Shown: one piece after another, positions 7,564 through 17,345 of the stretch | How positions within the stretch are numbered: position 1 is the first letter of the stretch | Layout: every line of letters begins with the position of its first letter | Virus record (IMG/VR): IMGVR_UViG_3300037549_000080 | Location: 1-59,762 of that record | Reading direction: 5' to 3' (one strand) | DNA: 59,762 nt | Source of the DNA: a virus | Lineage: Duplodnaviria > Caudoviricetes | Notes under the pieces: model-generated | Database searches by the model: none | What the model saw: only the letters and a program-made list of their open reading frames with translations | What the model was told of the DNA's origin: nothing | Translations under genes and position numbers: made by a program

Positions 7564-9651
7564 TTAGGCCAATTCCTTACAGCTGGCAACCGGAATAACT
7601 TGGAAGTCTGCGAGCTTGTGTCCAAGGTGCAGATAGTCGTCGCGCTGCACGTCGCATCCGATGAACTGGTCAATGACACCCTGCTGGTGCAGCTGCACCA
7701 TGCGGTCAGCCAGCTTGACCTTATTATTTTTATCCAGCTTCCCAAGCTCGTCCATCATCACAATCCTCACCACCGGCTTTTCGTTCTGGGTCAGCGCCAC
7801 CGCCAGCCCGGCGAAGGCAATCAGTTCCTCCGCCCCGCTGAAGTATTTATACCCGACCCAGTTGCCTTGGTACGTCATACCCAGTTCACCGTCCCGGTAT
7901 TCCAGTGGCGCCTTCAAGATTCCGTCCGTGAACTTGCGGGCGTGCCGCAGCAGCAGTTCAAACGCCTCCGTGGCCACCCGGTCTTTCTCGCCGGCCACCA
8001 CCTTGAGCGAAGCGTTGTAAATGTCCGCCTTGGCCTTGGCCGCCGCATAGGCTGCCCGTGACTGGTCAGCCCGGCGGGCGTCCTGCGTCCGGGCGATGAA
8101 TTGCCGCTGTTTACCTTCCATCATCCTAATCCGGTCAAGGATGGGTTGGATTGCTCTGGTGGCCGCGGTGGCTGTCTCGCCAGCTTCCTGCGCGGCTTTC
8201 TCCAAGGCCGGCAGCTTCGCCCAAGCCTCGGCGGCCGTGGCGTTGGCGGCGAGGCTGGCTTCCAGCTTCTGGATCGTCGCCGTGGCGGTGTTGATGGTGG
8301 ATTGGGCGGCGTTGAATTCTGCCGTGGATTTGTTCCATTTCGCCACTTTCTCTTGGTTTTCCTTGAGCAATTGCTGGCTGGCGGTGTCCCATGCGGCAAT
8401 GTCGGCGGTGACATGGATCGTGGCGTCCCCGGCGGCTTTCTCGGCATCCGCGGCTGCTTTGTGCTCGATTCCAGCCTTTTCGGCTGCTTTTAGCGCCTTG
8501 GTGTACTGTTTTTCGAGTTCGGCCACCACTTTAGCCTGTTTTTCGGTGATGTCATGCCCACAGGTGGGGCAGGAGGTGTGCGCCTTGGCGTCCTGGATGG
8601 ACTTCAGGAGGCGTTGCTGCTCCGCGGCGGTGTTGAACAGTTCCCGGGCTGTCGCTTGCGCCTTGGCCTGTGCAGCGTTGAAGGCGGCATGTTCTGGCGC
8701 GTCTGTGGGTCGCGGGGTGGTCATCAGGCGCTGGATTGGTGGCTCCCCAGCCACCGGCACCAGCTTGGCACGCTCAATAACCGCCTTTTGCGCCTCGATC
8801 TCCGCGTGGACCTTGCTTTCGTCCACCGCCTTGGCAGCAAGCTGCTTGGCGTCGTTCAGTGCGTTTCTGGCTGCGGTATAGGCGTTCTCGGCATTCGCCT
8901 CGGCTTGCACCGCCTTGGTATGCTCCTCGCGGGCATCGTTGATCTCCGGCTGCACGCTTTCAATCGCTGACATGTCGCCGTCATCAGCCTTGTTGCTGGT
9001 CAAGCCTTTGACCGTCTGCTCATGCGTGTTCGCTGCCGTGGCCGCCTCTTTGCCAGTGGTCGTTATCTTGTCCACCACGGCCGTGAGCCAGTCATAGATG
9101 CTGGCATCCTCGTTCTGGCGCTCGGCTTCCAGTTCCGCAATCAGCGCCTGCACTTCATGCAATGCTTCAACCGCCGGGCCGGTTTCCGGTTTGATGTCTT
9201 TCACCAAGTTGGCGCACACCGCCTCGCAGCTGATGCCCACCTTGCTCAAGTCCACCTGTGACAGCACGTAGTTAAGCCGCGCCGGGCCCGACAAGGCGAA
9301 GTACGTGGTCGGGTCAAGCAACATGCCCGGAATGTATTCGTGCTCCGGGCCGGTATAGCTAACCTTGCCCCGCTTGATTTCCCACACCCGGCTCAGCAGC
9401 GTGTCGTTGTCCAGCAGCGCCTGCACCGTCAGGCTGGTAGCACCGCCACCCTTCGAACCGCACGCGCCAAAGGTCGCACCCGAGGTCTTGCCCCAGCGCG
9501 GCTCATACCCCAGAAGCACCAGCTTCACCGCCGCCAGCACCGCCGTCTTGCCGCTAGTGTTGTCACCCACCACGATGTTCACCGGGGCGAGATCCTCGTC
9601 AAAGGAATAACCCTTTAGGTTGTTTGCCCGCAATGTTTTGATTCTGCTCAT
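7564..9651 (-). CDS. SbcC/Rad50-like coiled-coil ABC ATPase
   Basis: Walker A GDNTSGKT, central CPTC zinc hook in coiled coil, signature FSGAE, Walker B IVMMDE. Confidence 0.88.
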   Translation of the reverse strand: MSRIKTLRANNLKGYSFDEDLAPVNIVVGDNTSGKTAVLAAVKLVLLGYEPRWGKTSGATFGACGSKGGGATSLTVQALLDNDTLLSRVWEIKRGKVSYTGPEHEYIPGMLLDPTTYFALSGPARLNYVLSQVDLSKVGISCEAVCANLVKDIKPETGPAVEALHEVQALIAELEAERQNEDASIYDWLTAVVDKITTTGKEAATAANTHEQTVKGLTSNKADDGDMSAIESVQPEINDAREEHTKAVQAEANAENAYTAARNALNDAKQLAAKAVDESKVHAEIEAQKAVIERAKLVPVAGEPPIQRLMTTPRPTDAPEHAAFNAAQAKAQATARELFNTAAEQQRLLKSIQDAKAHTSCPTCGHDITEKQAKVVAELEKQYTKALKAAEKAGIEHKAAADAEKAAGDATIHVTADIAAWDTASQQLLKENQEKVAKWNKSTAEFNAAQSTINTATATIQKLEASLAANATAAEAWAKLPALEKAAQEAGETATAATRAIQPILDRIRMMEGKQRQFIARTQDARRADQSRAAYAAAKAKADIYNASLKVVAGEKDRVATEAFELLLRHARKFTDGILKAPLEYRDGELGMTYQGNWVGYKYFSGAEELIAFAGLAVALTQNEKPVVRIVMMDELGKLDKNNKVKLADRMVQLHQQGVIDQFIGCDVQRDDYLHLGHKLADFQVIPVASCKELA

Positions 9652-9718
9652 AGTTGTTCGCTTTCGTTTTGGTTGTTAGTTGTGCCGCCGGCCAGCATAG
9701 CAGACCGGCGGCTGGTTA

Positions 9719-10177
9719 TCAAAATGGAACATCGTCGCTGTCAGGTGGCCCGTCACCTGCCAGTGGTTCCCGTCCCGCTGCCGGCTGCGCGTACCGCCCG
9801 GCAGGCTGGCCGGCTGCCCGTGGCGCAGCTGCTTCACCTTCCGGCTTGGTGCCAAGGAACTGCACACTCTCAGCCACCACACCGAGGCGCTGCTTCTTCT
9901 GGCCCGAGGTTTTGTCTTCCCACTGGTCCAGCTTCAGGCGGCCTTCCACCAGCATCGGCCGGCCCTTGCGCATGTACTGGCCGACGTTTTCGGCGGTGCG
10001 ACCAAAAATGTCCACGTCCACGAAGGTGACTTCTTCCTTCTTCTCGCCCGCCTCGTTTGTCCATACCCGGTTCACGGCCAGCCCGACCTTCGCAATGGCC
10101 GTGCCCTTTGGCGTGTACCGCAGTTCCGGGTCGCGGGTCAGGTTGCCAATCAAAATGACTTTGTTAAATGATGCCAT
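9719..10177 (-). CDS. ssb: Single-stranded DNA-binding protein
   Basis: NKVILIGNLTRDPELRYTP...VEGRL; acidic DDVPF tail. Confidence 0.97.
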   Translation of the reverse strand: MASFNKVILIGNLTRDPELRYTPKGTAIAKVGLAVNRVWTNEAGEKKEEVTFVDVDIFGRTAENVGQYMRKGRPMLVEGRLKLDQWEDKTSGQKKQRLGVVAESVQFLGTKPEGEAAAPRAAGQPAGRYAQPAAGREPLAGDGPPDSDDVPF

Positions 10178-10180
10178 AGG

Positions 10181-10885
10181 TCAGTGGGTTTGATTCTTCG
10201 CCGCGTTCTCCTTAATCCACTGCACCACTTCCACCAGCCCCGAGGCCGGGAAGTCGTCAATCTGCCCCGCACGGTCAGCCGTGATGAACAGGGTAGTGAA
10301 ACTGGTTTGGGTCAACTTGGTCGCAATGTCTTCCACCATGGCCTGGCGGGTGGCGTCCGGGAACGGCAGCCCGTTCAGTTTCAGGAAGGTTTCCACCGTG
10401 CGCACGCTTTCCGTGGCTGCCAACGCCAAAGCATTGCCGCGCCGGGCGATGAACTTTTTATACTTCAGCACCCGCTCCGCCGGGCTATCCGTGCGGGCCG
10501 CTGGGGCGGCTTGAGGCGCTTTGGGCTGTTCCGGGGCTGTGTGGGCCTGTTTTTGGGGTTCCGGGGCCGCTCCGGGCGGCTGGGGCTGGTTTTCACCCCC
10601 TTGTGGCGCACCTGCACCCAGCACTTTGATGGCCGCGCTGCCGTCCCGGCCGCTGCCGGTGGCCTCAATCATGATTGACCGGCCTTTCATGTTGGCCAGC
10701 GCCGTCTGGCAATCATCGCTTTCAATGGAGTAGTTACGCTCCCCTTCACCGTCAAACGCCAGCACGATGTACGGCGGCTTGCCGGCGAATTTGGATTTCA
10801 TTACGTCCGTCTTGACCGTCACGCGCACCGGGCCTTTTTGAACCAGCTCGCTGTGGTACAGGTTCTTCTTTTTGGCATCTGCCAT
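10181..10885 (-). CDS. Hypothetical protein (replication/recombination module)
   Basis: Long ORF with AC-rich leader directly upstream of ssb. Confidence 0.7.
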   Translation of the reverse strand: MADAKKKNLYHSELVQKGPVRVTVKTDVMKSKFAGKPPYIVLAFDGEGERNYSIESDDCQTALANMKGRSIMIEATGSGRDGSAAIKVLGAGAPQGGENQPQPPGAAPEPQKQAHTAPEQPKAPQAAPAARTDSPAERVLKYKKFIARRGNALALAATESVRTVETFLKLNGLPFPDATRQAMVEDIATKLTQTSFTTLFITADRAGQIDDFPASGLVEVVQWIKENAAKNQTH

Positions 10886-10953
10886 ATACTGCCTTTCACT
10901 TTAGTTGTTTCGTTGTTAGTTCGCCGCGCCAGCTGGCGTGGGTCACAGGCGGC

Positions 10954-10983
10954 ATTGTGCCCGGTGCCAGAAACCGCTGTCAA
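10954..10983 (-). promoter_or_regulatory. Putative sigma70 promoter for the replication module
   Basis: TTGACA-N18-CACAAT; the same TTGACAGCGG occurs at 4619-4628 upstream of dnaB. Confidence 0.55.
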
Positions 10984-11006
10984 GAAAAATGCAGCGCAAG
11001 AGCTGC

Positions 11007-11864
11007 TCAACTGAGGAACCATTCCAGCATCGGCCGCTGGTCATTAACAAACTGCCGGCCAGCTTCCACAAGGTAGGCAAGGCTAGATGGGTCGGCGCCA
11101 TCCAGCTTAACCGGGGCGGCGAAGGTCGGCTGTATCACCCGGTAGTAATCACCGAGAAATTGTTTCATCTGATATTGAACTTCTTCCTGACCGGTGGCGA
11201 ATTGCAGCCCGATGGTCAGCGCCAGGTCTTGCACCCACTGCGGCCAGCCCGGAGCCGGAACATCGTCCTGCCCGCACCCGATGGTCAACAGCTTCACCTG
11301 CTCGCCCGGCCACAGCTTGCACGCATCAGCGTACGCGCACACCGATGGGTCGTTGGCAATGTTGCCGCCGTCCCATAGGTACTTGTTCCCGAGCTTGAAC
11401 GCCGGGAAGTAACGCTGCGCCGCGGACGTCGCCCGGCCGACCTGCCATAGCGGCGTGGCTCCGTCTAACAGCAGGTTCCCGGTGTCGTACGACTTGAACA
11501 TGAACGGCACTTGGTCGGTGCGGTTGAGCGCCGGAACCAGCAGCTTGGTCTTGCAATCCTTGAGCGCCTTGCAATCAAACCGCCGCTGAAGCACAGCCTC
11601 AATCGGGCCCGCCGGGTACAGCGGCCAGTGACGGTACCATGCCGGGTTAAATATGGCCGGGCCGTCCTGCGTGAAAAAACTGGTGTACGGACCCGGAAGC
11701 GCAGCAGACACCAGCCCGGCGAGAATCCCGCCGATGCTGGTGCCTGCAATTAAATCCACATGGTCAGCCAGCTTGCCGGCCGCCATGATCTGCAGCTCGT
11801 CCAAAGCAGCGGCCGCCGGCAATCCTTTCATGCCGCCGCCCGCAATGCAGAGAACGCGCATCAT
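11007..11864 (-). CDS. Patatin-like phospholipase
   Basis: GGGMKG, GTSIG (catalytic Ser), RATSAA..YF, DGG (catalytic Asp); start reassigned to MMRVL. Confidence 0.9.
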   Translation of the reverse strand: MMRVLCIAGGGMKGLPAAAALDELQIMAAGKLADHVDLIAGTSIGGILAGLVSAALPGPYTSFFTQDGPAIFNPAWYRHWPLYPAGPIEAVLQRRFDCKALKDCKTKLLVPALNRTDQVPFMFKSYDTGNLLLDGATPLWQVGRATSAAQRYFPAFKLGNKYLWDGGNIANDPSVCAYADACKLWPGEQVKLLTIGCGQDDVPAPGWPQWVQDLALTIGLQFATGQEEVQYQMKQFLGDYYRVIQPTFAAPVKLDGADPSSLAYLVEAGRQFVNDQRPMLEWFLS

Positions 11865-11868
11865 AACC

Positions 11869-12432
11869 TTAGAAGCGGGCGCCGACGCCAACCAACACAA
11901 TGCCGCCGGAGTTGAAAGAGCCATGTTCTTCAAACGGCAGACCCCAGCCGACGTAACTGAACGTGTTCGGTGTCATAACCTTCACGGCTTTGAGGTCACC
12001 TTCCACAATCCAACTTGAATGTTGCACGTTGCCGACATAATTATTGAAGTCAGCGCCGGCAAGGATGTTGGCTTCAATCTTGAAGTCGCCTTTTTGAATA
12101 AGGTTGTAGCCGCCGCCCAACATAATCTTGCCGAACGCGGAACCGACACCTTCAAACTCACCAACGAACTGGGCATTCCAGTTGCCGAAGGTTTTTTCAA
12201 CGGTCAGCCGGTCAGCCGAGGATTTGCCGGTGATTTGCGCCAAGCCGGTTTCGACGGAAAGCGTCGAGTTGGTCCATGAGTAGGTTGGATCATAGTTGAT
12301 GGACGTGCTCCAAGAATACGCCTGCCCAAAGAAATTTACGAGCGGGTTGGCGTTGGTAGCTGTCAGGGTCTGCGCCTGCGCCGTCAGCGACAGCGTGGCG
12401 ATGGTTAGGATTGCTGCGATGTATTTTTTCAT
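11869..12432 (-). CDS. Signal-peptide protein, probable small outer-membrane beta-barrel
   Basis: MKKYIAAILTIATLSLTAQA signal; alternating amphipathic strands; terminal VGVGARF. Confidence 0.65.
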   Translation of the reverse strand: MKKYIAAILTIATLSLTAQAQTLTATNANPLVNFFGQAYSWSTSINYDPTYSWTNSTLSVETGLAQITGKSSADRLTVEKTFGNWNAQFVGEFEGVGSAFGKIMLGGGYNLIQKGDFKIEANILAGADFNNYVGNVQHSSWIVEGDLKAVKVMTPNTFSYVGWGLPFEEHGSFNSGGIVLVGVGARF

Positions 12433-12520
12433 TTTATTTTCTTTCGTTTTGTTGTTGGTGTTAGTTCCGCCAGTCTTTGTTTGAGTTTATCCCAAACTTT
12501 GTTGTAGTCGTGACGGGGTT

Positions 12521-12775
12521 TCATTTACCGCTTTCCGGTGCTGCCGGTTCTGGCTTCGGGGAAATTGTTTCAGGTTGGGTTATGCTATCTGAAAACGTAG
12601 TCGAAAGGAATGATTTCAGGCCAGATAACCCTGCCACGGCTGCGCTGGCGAACACCATCATAAGCTGTTGCCACGTCATTGACGGAGCAACGCTGGCAGC
12701 GGTGAAGGTGGTCAGGAATGGTATCAGGACGGCGATTGCGCCCTCGGTTCGGACTACGGCATCTGATTTTTTCAC
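12521..12775 (-). CDS. Holin-like membrane protein (2 TM)
   Basis: Two hydrophobic segments, charged tail, lysis-cassette position. Confidence 0.55.
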   Translation of the reverse strand: MKKSDAVVRTEGAIAVLIPFLTTFTAASVAPSMTWQQLMMVFASAAVAGLSGLKSFLSTTFSDSITQPETISPKPEPAAPESGK

Positions 12776-13032
12776 GGTATCGAGTTGGTTGCGGTTTCTT
12801 CGTTCTCACGCGGGACGTAAATCCCATGCCGCGCCAGAATGTCTTGCGTCAAATGAAGTTGATGCCAGAGGATCGTCAGCTGCGCATCACGGTTGGCAAC
12901 TTGAACGTGATACTCCGCCTGCGTCACGAATAGAAACCAGCACGCGGCCACGCTCGCGGCGACTGCGCCGGTTGCCCGCGCTCCGCCTTCCTTGTCGCTA
13001 AAGGCACCGATTAAGAATTTGAGCAACTTCAC
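12772..13032 (-). CDS. Small membrane protein, holin-like
   Basis: Hydrophobic segment AVAASVAACWFLFV; overlaps neighbours. Confidence 0.45.
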   Translation of the reverse strand: MKLLKFLIGAFSDKEGGARATGAVAASVAACWFLFVTQAEYHVQVANRDAQLTILWHQLHLTQDILARHGIYVPRENEETATNSIP

Positions 13033-13253
13033 TTAATTTCCTTTGCCAGTTCTTTGACGGTTTTAATCAAATCCGCATCCGAATACAACGCCAAAGTTTT
13101 GAGCGTCAACTCAACCGCCAGCTTGATTAGTTTTTCCTTGGCCAGTTTTTCAATCTCCATGTGCTGAACCCATGCCTCAAAGCCAACGCCTTCTTGAATG
13201 ACGTTTTCAAAGTCGGCTGGACTGTGCGGCAGGATGGTTTCGCGCCAAGGCAT
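13029..13253 (-). CDS. Hypothetical protein
   Basis: Tightly packed ORF. Confidence 0.55.
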   Translation of the reverse strand: MPWRETILPHSPADFENVIQEGVGFEAWVQHMEIEKLAKEKLIKLAVELTLKTLALYSDADLIKTVKELAKEIK

Positions 13254-13254
13254 A

Positions 13255-13572
13255 TTATTTTTTCAACGCTTCGTAAATCACGCCAGCCACCACCGCGCAG
13301 CCGACAATAAAACCACCAAGGCCATAGACCAACCCCCAAGCTCCATTCTTTTTCTCCTGCGCCTTTTCCAGTTCATCAACGCGAGGCTTTAGCAGGTCAT
13401 TCGCCTTTTCGGAGTTTTGGCGGTTGGCCTCGCTGACCGCCACGGCGGTTGTGAGCAAGTTCACGTTTTTGGTGAGCGTGATTAAATCGTTGGTGAGCCG
13501 GTCAAGCCACAATTCGTGTGACGCGAGTTTTGCTTCAGCGGCTGCCATATTGCTTCCTTCGTGGTTGTTCAT
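13255..13572 (-). CDS. Coiled-coil protein with C-terminal TM helix (lysis-cassette type)
   Basis: Heptad region then WGLVYGLGGFIVGCAVVAGVIY. Confidence 0.65.
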   Translation of the reverse strand: MNNHEGSNMAAAEAKLASHELWLDRLTNDLITLTKNVNLLTTAVAVSEANRQNSEKANDLLKPRVDELEKAQEKKNGAWGLVYGLGGFIVGCAVVAGVIYEALKK

Positions 13573-13593
13573 GTGAAAAATGCCTTATCTCCT

Positions 13594-14049
13594 TCATTTC
13601 AATGTTTCATAAGCCGCACCCGCTCTGAAATAGCACTGGCCAGTCTCCGGCCAATAGCCGTCCGTGTTGGTGCTGCAAAAGGTGTAGTTCGTGCCGGTGC
13701 CGGTGTAGCAGGCTCGCCACAGCGACATTGGCGCGGTTAAATCAGGACAACGCTCAATGACCGTTACCAACGTCTGTCCAGCCGCATTGGTAGCTGGCGA
13801 TGTTGACGGTGTCCACGCGAGGTGAATAAATAGAGGCTTGGTCAACGGCGTTACCAACGGCAGGTTGTCCATGTTCGTCCCCGTCGCCGTCTGAATCATC
13901 GGGTTAATCCCAACCGTTTCGGGATGCGCGACGGCATTCGTAACGTTGAACATCGCCTTTGCCATTCCAGCATTGAATGCCGCACTGTTCGTCTGCGCCC
14001 ACAACGGCAGCGCACAGATCAGGATTGCGATGGTGACGTATAGAGTCAT
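13594..14049 (-). CDS. Secreted protein (signal peptide, TN-rich)
   Basis: MTLYVTIAILICALPLWA/QTN; C-terminal VIERCPDL...W...YFRA motif. Confidence 0.7.
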   Translation of the reverse strand: MTLYVTIAILICALPLWAQTNSAAFNAGMAKAMFNVTNAVAHPETVGINPMIQTATGTNMDNLPLVTPLTKPLFIHLAWTPSTSPATNAAGQTLVTVIERCPDLTAPMSLWRACYTGTGTNYTFCSTNTDGYWPETGQCYFRAGAAYETLK

Positions 14050-17045
14050 TGAATTGGCTGATAAGCCGCTGTTGGTTCTGTGACCGCCGTGATTTTAATA
14101 TATTCATGCGGTTGCAAAGTAACCGTCCCACCACTCAAACCAACCGGAATTGAACGTACTGATGTTCCGTTATCGGTTCCTTTGGTTACATCCGATATAG
14201 TTGTCCCTGCCCCGTAATAAAAGATGCACGGCGTAGTCCCATTTGTTGGAACACAGTTTGTCCAGTAGGCAGGGCTAGAGCCAAGCGTGACGGGATAAAT
14301 CGGAAACTGGTTTGTTATTGATGCGAACATTCCTGACGGTGGCGGAACGAATGGCAACCCATCAATGGTATTTGCTTCCTCTTGAACAATATACCAAGCC
14401 AGCCCTTCATCTGCGCCGTCAAAGTGCGTTCCAGCCGAACAAAGATTTGTGTTCAAGTCATCAACAATCCCTTTTGGACATACCCATTTCTGATTGCCCA
14501 CATATTGAGTGATGTACTGATTTGTTTTCATCGCGTCATCCACATATCCGCACCATCCAGCAGTTACGTCGCCCGGGATACTTTCACCAAGCCAAATTAG
14601 CTTATTCTGTGGATTGTTTCGTATTGGCCCAAACAGGTTTGCAAAATTTTGAAAGAAAGCATTTGTTCCTGTTTGCGACTCGGCTCTTGCGACGTCGGTC
14701 ACTTCCAATCCTGTTACCCATGACGGCAGACAGTTGAATCGGTTAAACGTAAAAATCCAACGCGCTTGGTCGGTAAGTGTGAACTGTGCTTTTGTGGCCG
14801 TGTAGCCCTGATTAGTCATTTGAGTGGTGTCCGACCCGGCTCTTGAAAAAACACCAATACAAGGAATTGACGGGTTTCTAAACGCCCATGCCTCCCAAAT
14901 TTCATTGGTCATATTGTTGTTCAGTACATAACCTAGCTGAAGCATTGATGCGCCGTCCCACGAGTATTCATAAGGGCAAGGCTCCATTGCCCGCATAAAA
15001 CGGGTTGCCACCGTCGCCAGTGGCGACACTGTGACCGCGCCACTTCCTGCAACTACATTCGGCGCACAATTGGTGTTGAAAACAACCAAGTTATCAATCG
15101 CCCCAGCAAAACCACCGGCACCAGCACCCCATCTGGCAAACTCTGGAGTCACACCAAGGGCAATTTGACTGAATGAAATACCAGCCAACGATGCCGGAGC
15201 TTGATAGGTCAGAGCTGACCAGTTTGCATTATTCGACACCGTAAATGAGCAAGGCTCGCCTTTGTACCAAAGCTGGAATTTGTTTGTGCCATCAAAACTT
15301 AAAACCAATTGCTTTTGAAAAACGCTGAACTGTTGCGCCTGGTATGGACCAGCATTAGATGGATACCTGATTGTATTGGAGGCAGTCGAAGAATCATTAT
15401 AGTTGAACACCTGACCATTTGTTGCGATGAGCAAAGAATCATAAGTAGGCGCACGTGTTAGAATCGAAACCCAATTTGTCCCATCGGGAGTCCTCAACTC
15501 AAAAAATGGAAGTGCGTATTGCTCCGTCAGACCATTTACAGTGCCACCGTTAAATTCCTGTGGAGTCCTAACTGTTACCCCAATCGTCCACGGCCCGCTT
15601 AATGGCTGACGCAGCGTTAAAATGTTCGTGTAGGTCGTGTAGGGGCCACCGCGCAGAGTGTTGTAAAATCCAGAGATAGCTTGATTAAATCCCGTCCACG
15701 GCTGTTGATAAACAGAATACTGGTTCGTTCCATAGATACCGCCCTGCGAACTGTAAAGCGGCCAAGCATCAACTAGATTATTACGAAACCCATTGGCAGT
15801 TAAATCAGCAAACGCACCGCGCAGATGGTCTTTTTCTCGCTGTTGAAGATTTCCAACGGCAGAAATGTAATTTTCAAGCGTGGCGTCCGTCGTCACCACG
15901 CCGCTGGCGGTGAGGACGGCGGGTGGGATTGTGTTCGTAAGGTTGGCTGCGTTCAGGTTTGAGCCGTTGGTGAGCGGATTAGCCGTGAATGCGCCGTTGG
16001 ACAGAGCGTTCGTCATCACCTTCACAATATTGGTCACGTTGTTAAGCGATGCGCTGATATTTCCATCAGGTGCATTGGAGGCGAGCAAGGCTATGGCAAC
16101 AGGTCCGACTATATTGGATCCCTGCACGTTGGTAATTCCGAGCGCATTTCCAGAAAAATACGCAGCGCCAAGTGGTGTTATCACCGGAGACTGCCAAAGA
16201 AACCCGCTTAAAGAATTTCCCAACTCAAAAGCTGGCGCAAGAAATTGCCAGAATCCGTATTGAGTAAATGTTCCGCTGCTATTGTTTGTCGGTGCCACGC
16301 TCAAGATGTAGCTTTGCGCCGCCGCCGCCGCGCCGTTGGTGTCGAAAGCCGCCGCATTCGTAAGAACAGCATTCCCATTCACCCGTGCCTGTCCGTTGGT
16401 GAGCTCAAACAGCGTCATGTTTGTATTGATACCGACGTTGAACGTGTTCGATTCCCATTGCCAGCGATTCCCGAATTGATCAACGCGCAAAACGTGCTGG
16501 TTCGCGCCCACCAGCGAATGCGCCGTGGTCGTCGCGTTGGTGGTCAGCAATCCGCCCGTTGAATCAATCGAGTAGGTGACGCCGTTGGAAGTGATCGGGA
16601 AGCCGGTGCCGCCGGTATTGATGCCGGCCAGCAGTGCGTAAATCTGAGGGATGTTGAAGTAGTTTGACCAGTTGTTGGGCGGGTTAAGAACAGCCCAATT
16701 GACCAGGCTGCCCAGATGATTGCTGCCGGAGGTGTCCGGCCACACCTGCACTGGCCACGCGCTAAAAGTCGAGTCTGAGAGCGAAAAGCGGTAAAGACCG
16801 AAGCACACATTCGTGAAGGCAAAATTCCCGTTTGTGTCCGTCATCGTCCTGATCGGGTCATTGCTGATAAACTGCGCGGTGACCACGTTGTAACGGTTCC
16901 TGGGCTGCACCAGCGTCAATGTAATCGTCAGGTTGGTGCGGCCCACCTGACCAAAGCTGGACACGTTGTCATACAGTATGTTGGTCTGGGCCGGGGCGGT
17001 CAGCGCCAGCAGGATGGTCGGAAGCAGCCACAGTAACTTTCTCAT
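14046..17045 (-). CDS. Large tail-fibre/receptor-binding-like protein with a Sec signal peptide
   Basis: MRKLLWLLPTILLALTAPA/QTN; beta-rich, Thr/Asn-rich; end of tail module. Confidence 0.65.
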   Translation of the reverse strand: MRKLLWLLPTILLALTAPAQTNILYDNVSSFGQVGRTNLTITLTLVQPRNRYNVVTAQFISNDPIRTMTDTNGNFAFTNVCFGLYRFSLSDSTFSAWPVQVWPDTSGSNHLGSLVNWAVLNPPNNWSNYFNIPQIYALLAGINTGGTGFPITSNGVTYSIDSTGGLLTTNATTTAHSLVGANQHVLRVDQFGNRWQWESNTFNVGINTNMTLFELTNGQARVNGNAVLTNAAAFDTNGAAAAAQSYILSVAPTNNSSGTFTQYGFWQFLAPAFELGNSLSGFLWQSPVITPLGAAYFSGNALGITNVQGSNIVGPVAIALLASNAPDGNISASLNNVTNIVKVMTNALSNGAFTANPLTNGSNLNAANLTNTIPPAVLTASGVVTTDATLENYISAVGNLQQREKDHLRGAFADLTANGFRNNLVDAWPLYSSQGGIYGTNQYSVYQQPWTGFNQAISGFYNTLRGGPYTTYTNILTLRQPLSGPWTIGVTVRTPQEFNGGTVNGLTEQYALPFFELRTPDGTNWVSILTRAPTYDSLLIATNGQVFNYNDSSTASNTIRYPSNAGPYQAQQFSVFQKQLVLSFDGTNKFQLWYKGEPCSFTVSNNANWSALTYQAPASLAGISFSQIALGVTPEFARWGAGAGGFAGAIDNLVVFNTNCAPNVVAGSGAVTVSPLATVATRFMRAMEPCPYEYSWDGASMLQLGYVLNNNMTNEIWEAWAFRNPSIPCIGVFSRAGSDTTQMTNQGYTATKAQFTLTDQARWIFTFNRFNCLPSWVTGLEVTDVARAESQTGTNAFFQNFANLFGPIRNNPQNKLIWLGESIPGDVTAGWCGYVDDAMKTNQYITQYVGNQKWVCPKGIVDDLNTNLCSAGTHFDGADEGLAWYIVQEEANTIDGLPFVPPPSGMFASITNQFPIYPVTLGSSPAYWTNCVPTNGTTPCIFYYGAGTTISDVTKGTDNGTSVRSIPVGLSGGTVTLQPHEYIKITAVTEPTAAYQPIQ

Positions 17046-17054
17046 GATGATTTT

Positions 17055-17345
17055 CTAGTTTGGATTTTGTGTTTTAACAAGTTGTTTTTCCCATTTCCCA
17101 ATCGGGCAATCTTCCTGCCTCAAACTGCTTTTGGCCGCAATCCAGCATTTGCACACTTCGCACAATCCCATGTCGTTTTTGTCGCAGCCTTTGCAAGCCT
17201 CGCGCCGAGCCGCAATGACGGCAGACGGCGCAAGCCCTGTCCGCGTGACATATTTCACGATGCCAACCGCCCCATGCGCGAGGGTTTTGGCTGCCTGAAC
17301 AATGGCGGAATCGCCGGCCTTTGGATTGCAACCGGAACAACTCAT
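17055..17345 (-). CDS. Small Cys-rich protein (R...CxxC...CxxCxC...K......CP..KW)
   Basis: Cys pattern; overlaps the stop of the upstream tail gene. Confidence 0.7.
   Translation of the reverse strand: MSCSGCNPKAGDSAIVQAAKTLAHGAVGIVKYVTRTGLAPSAVIAARREACKGCDKNDMGLCEVCKCWIAAKSSLRQEDCPIGKWEKQLVKTQNPN

Noticed and set aside
11007-11864. CBASS system (CapV-like patatin)
   Set aside because: No CD-NTase or other CBASS gene recognised nearby
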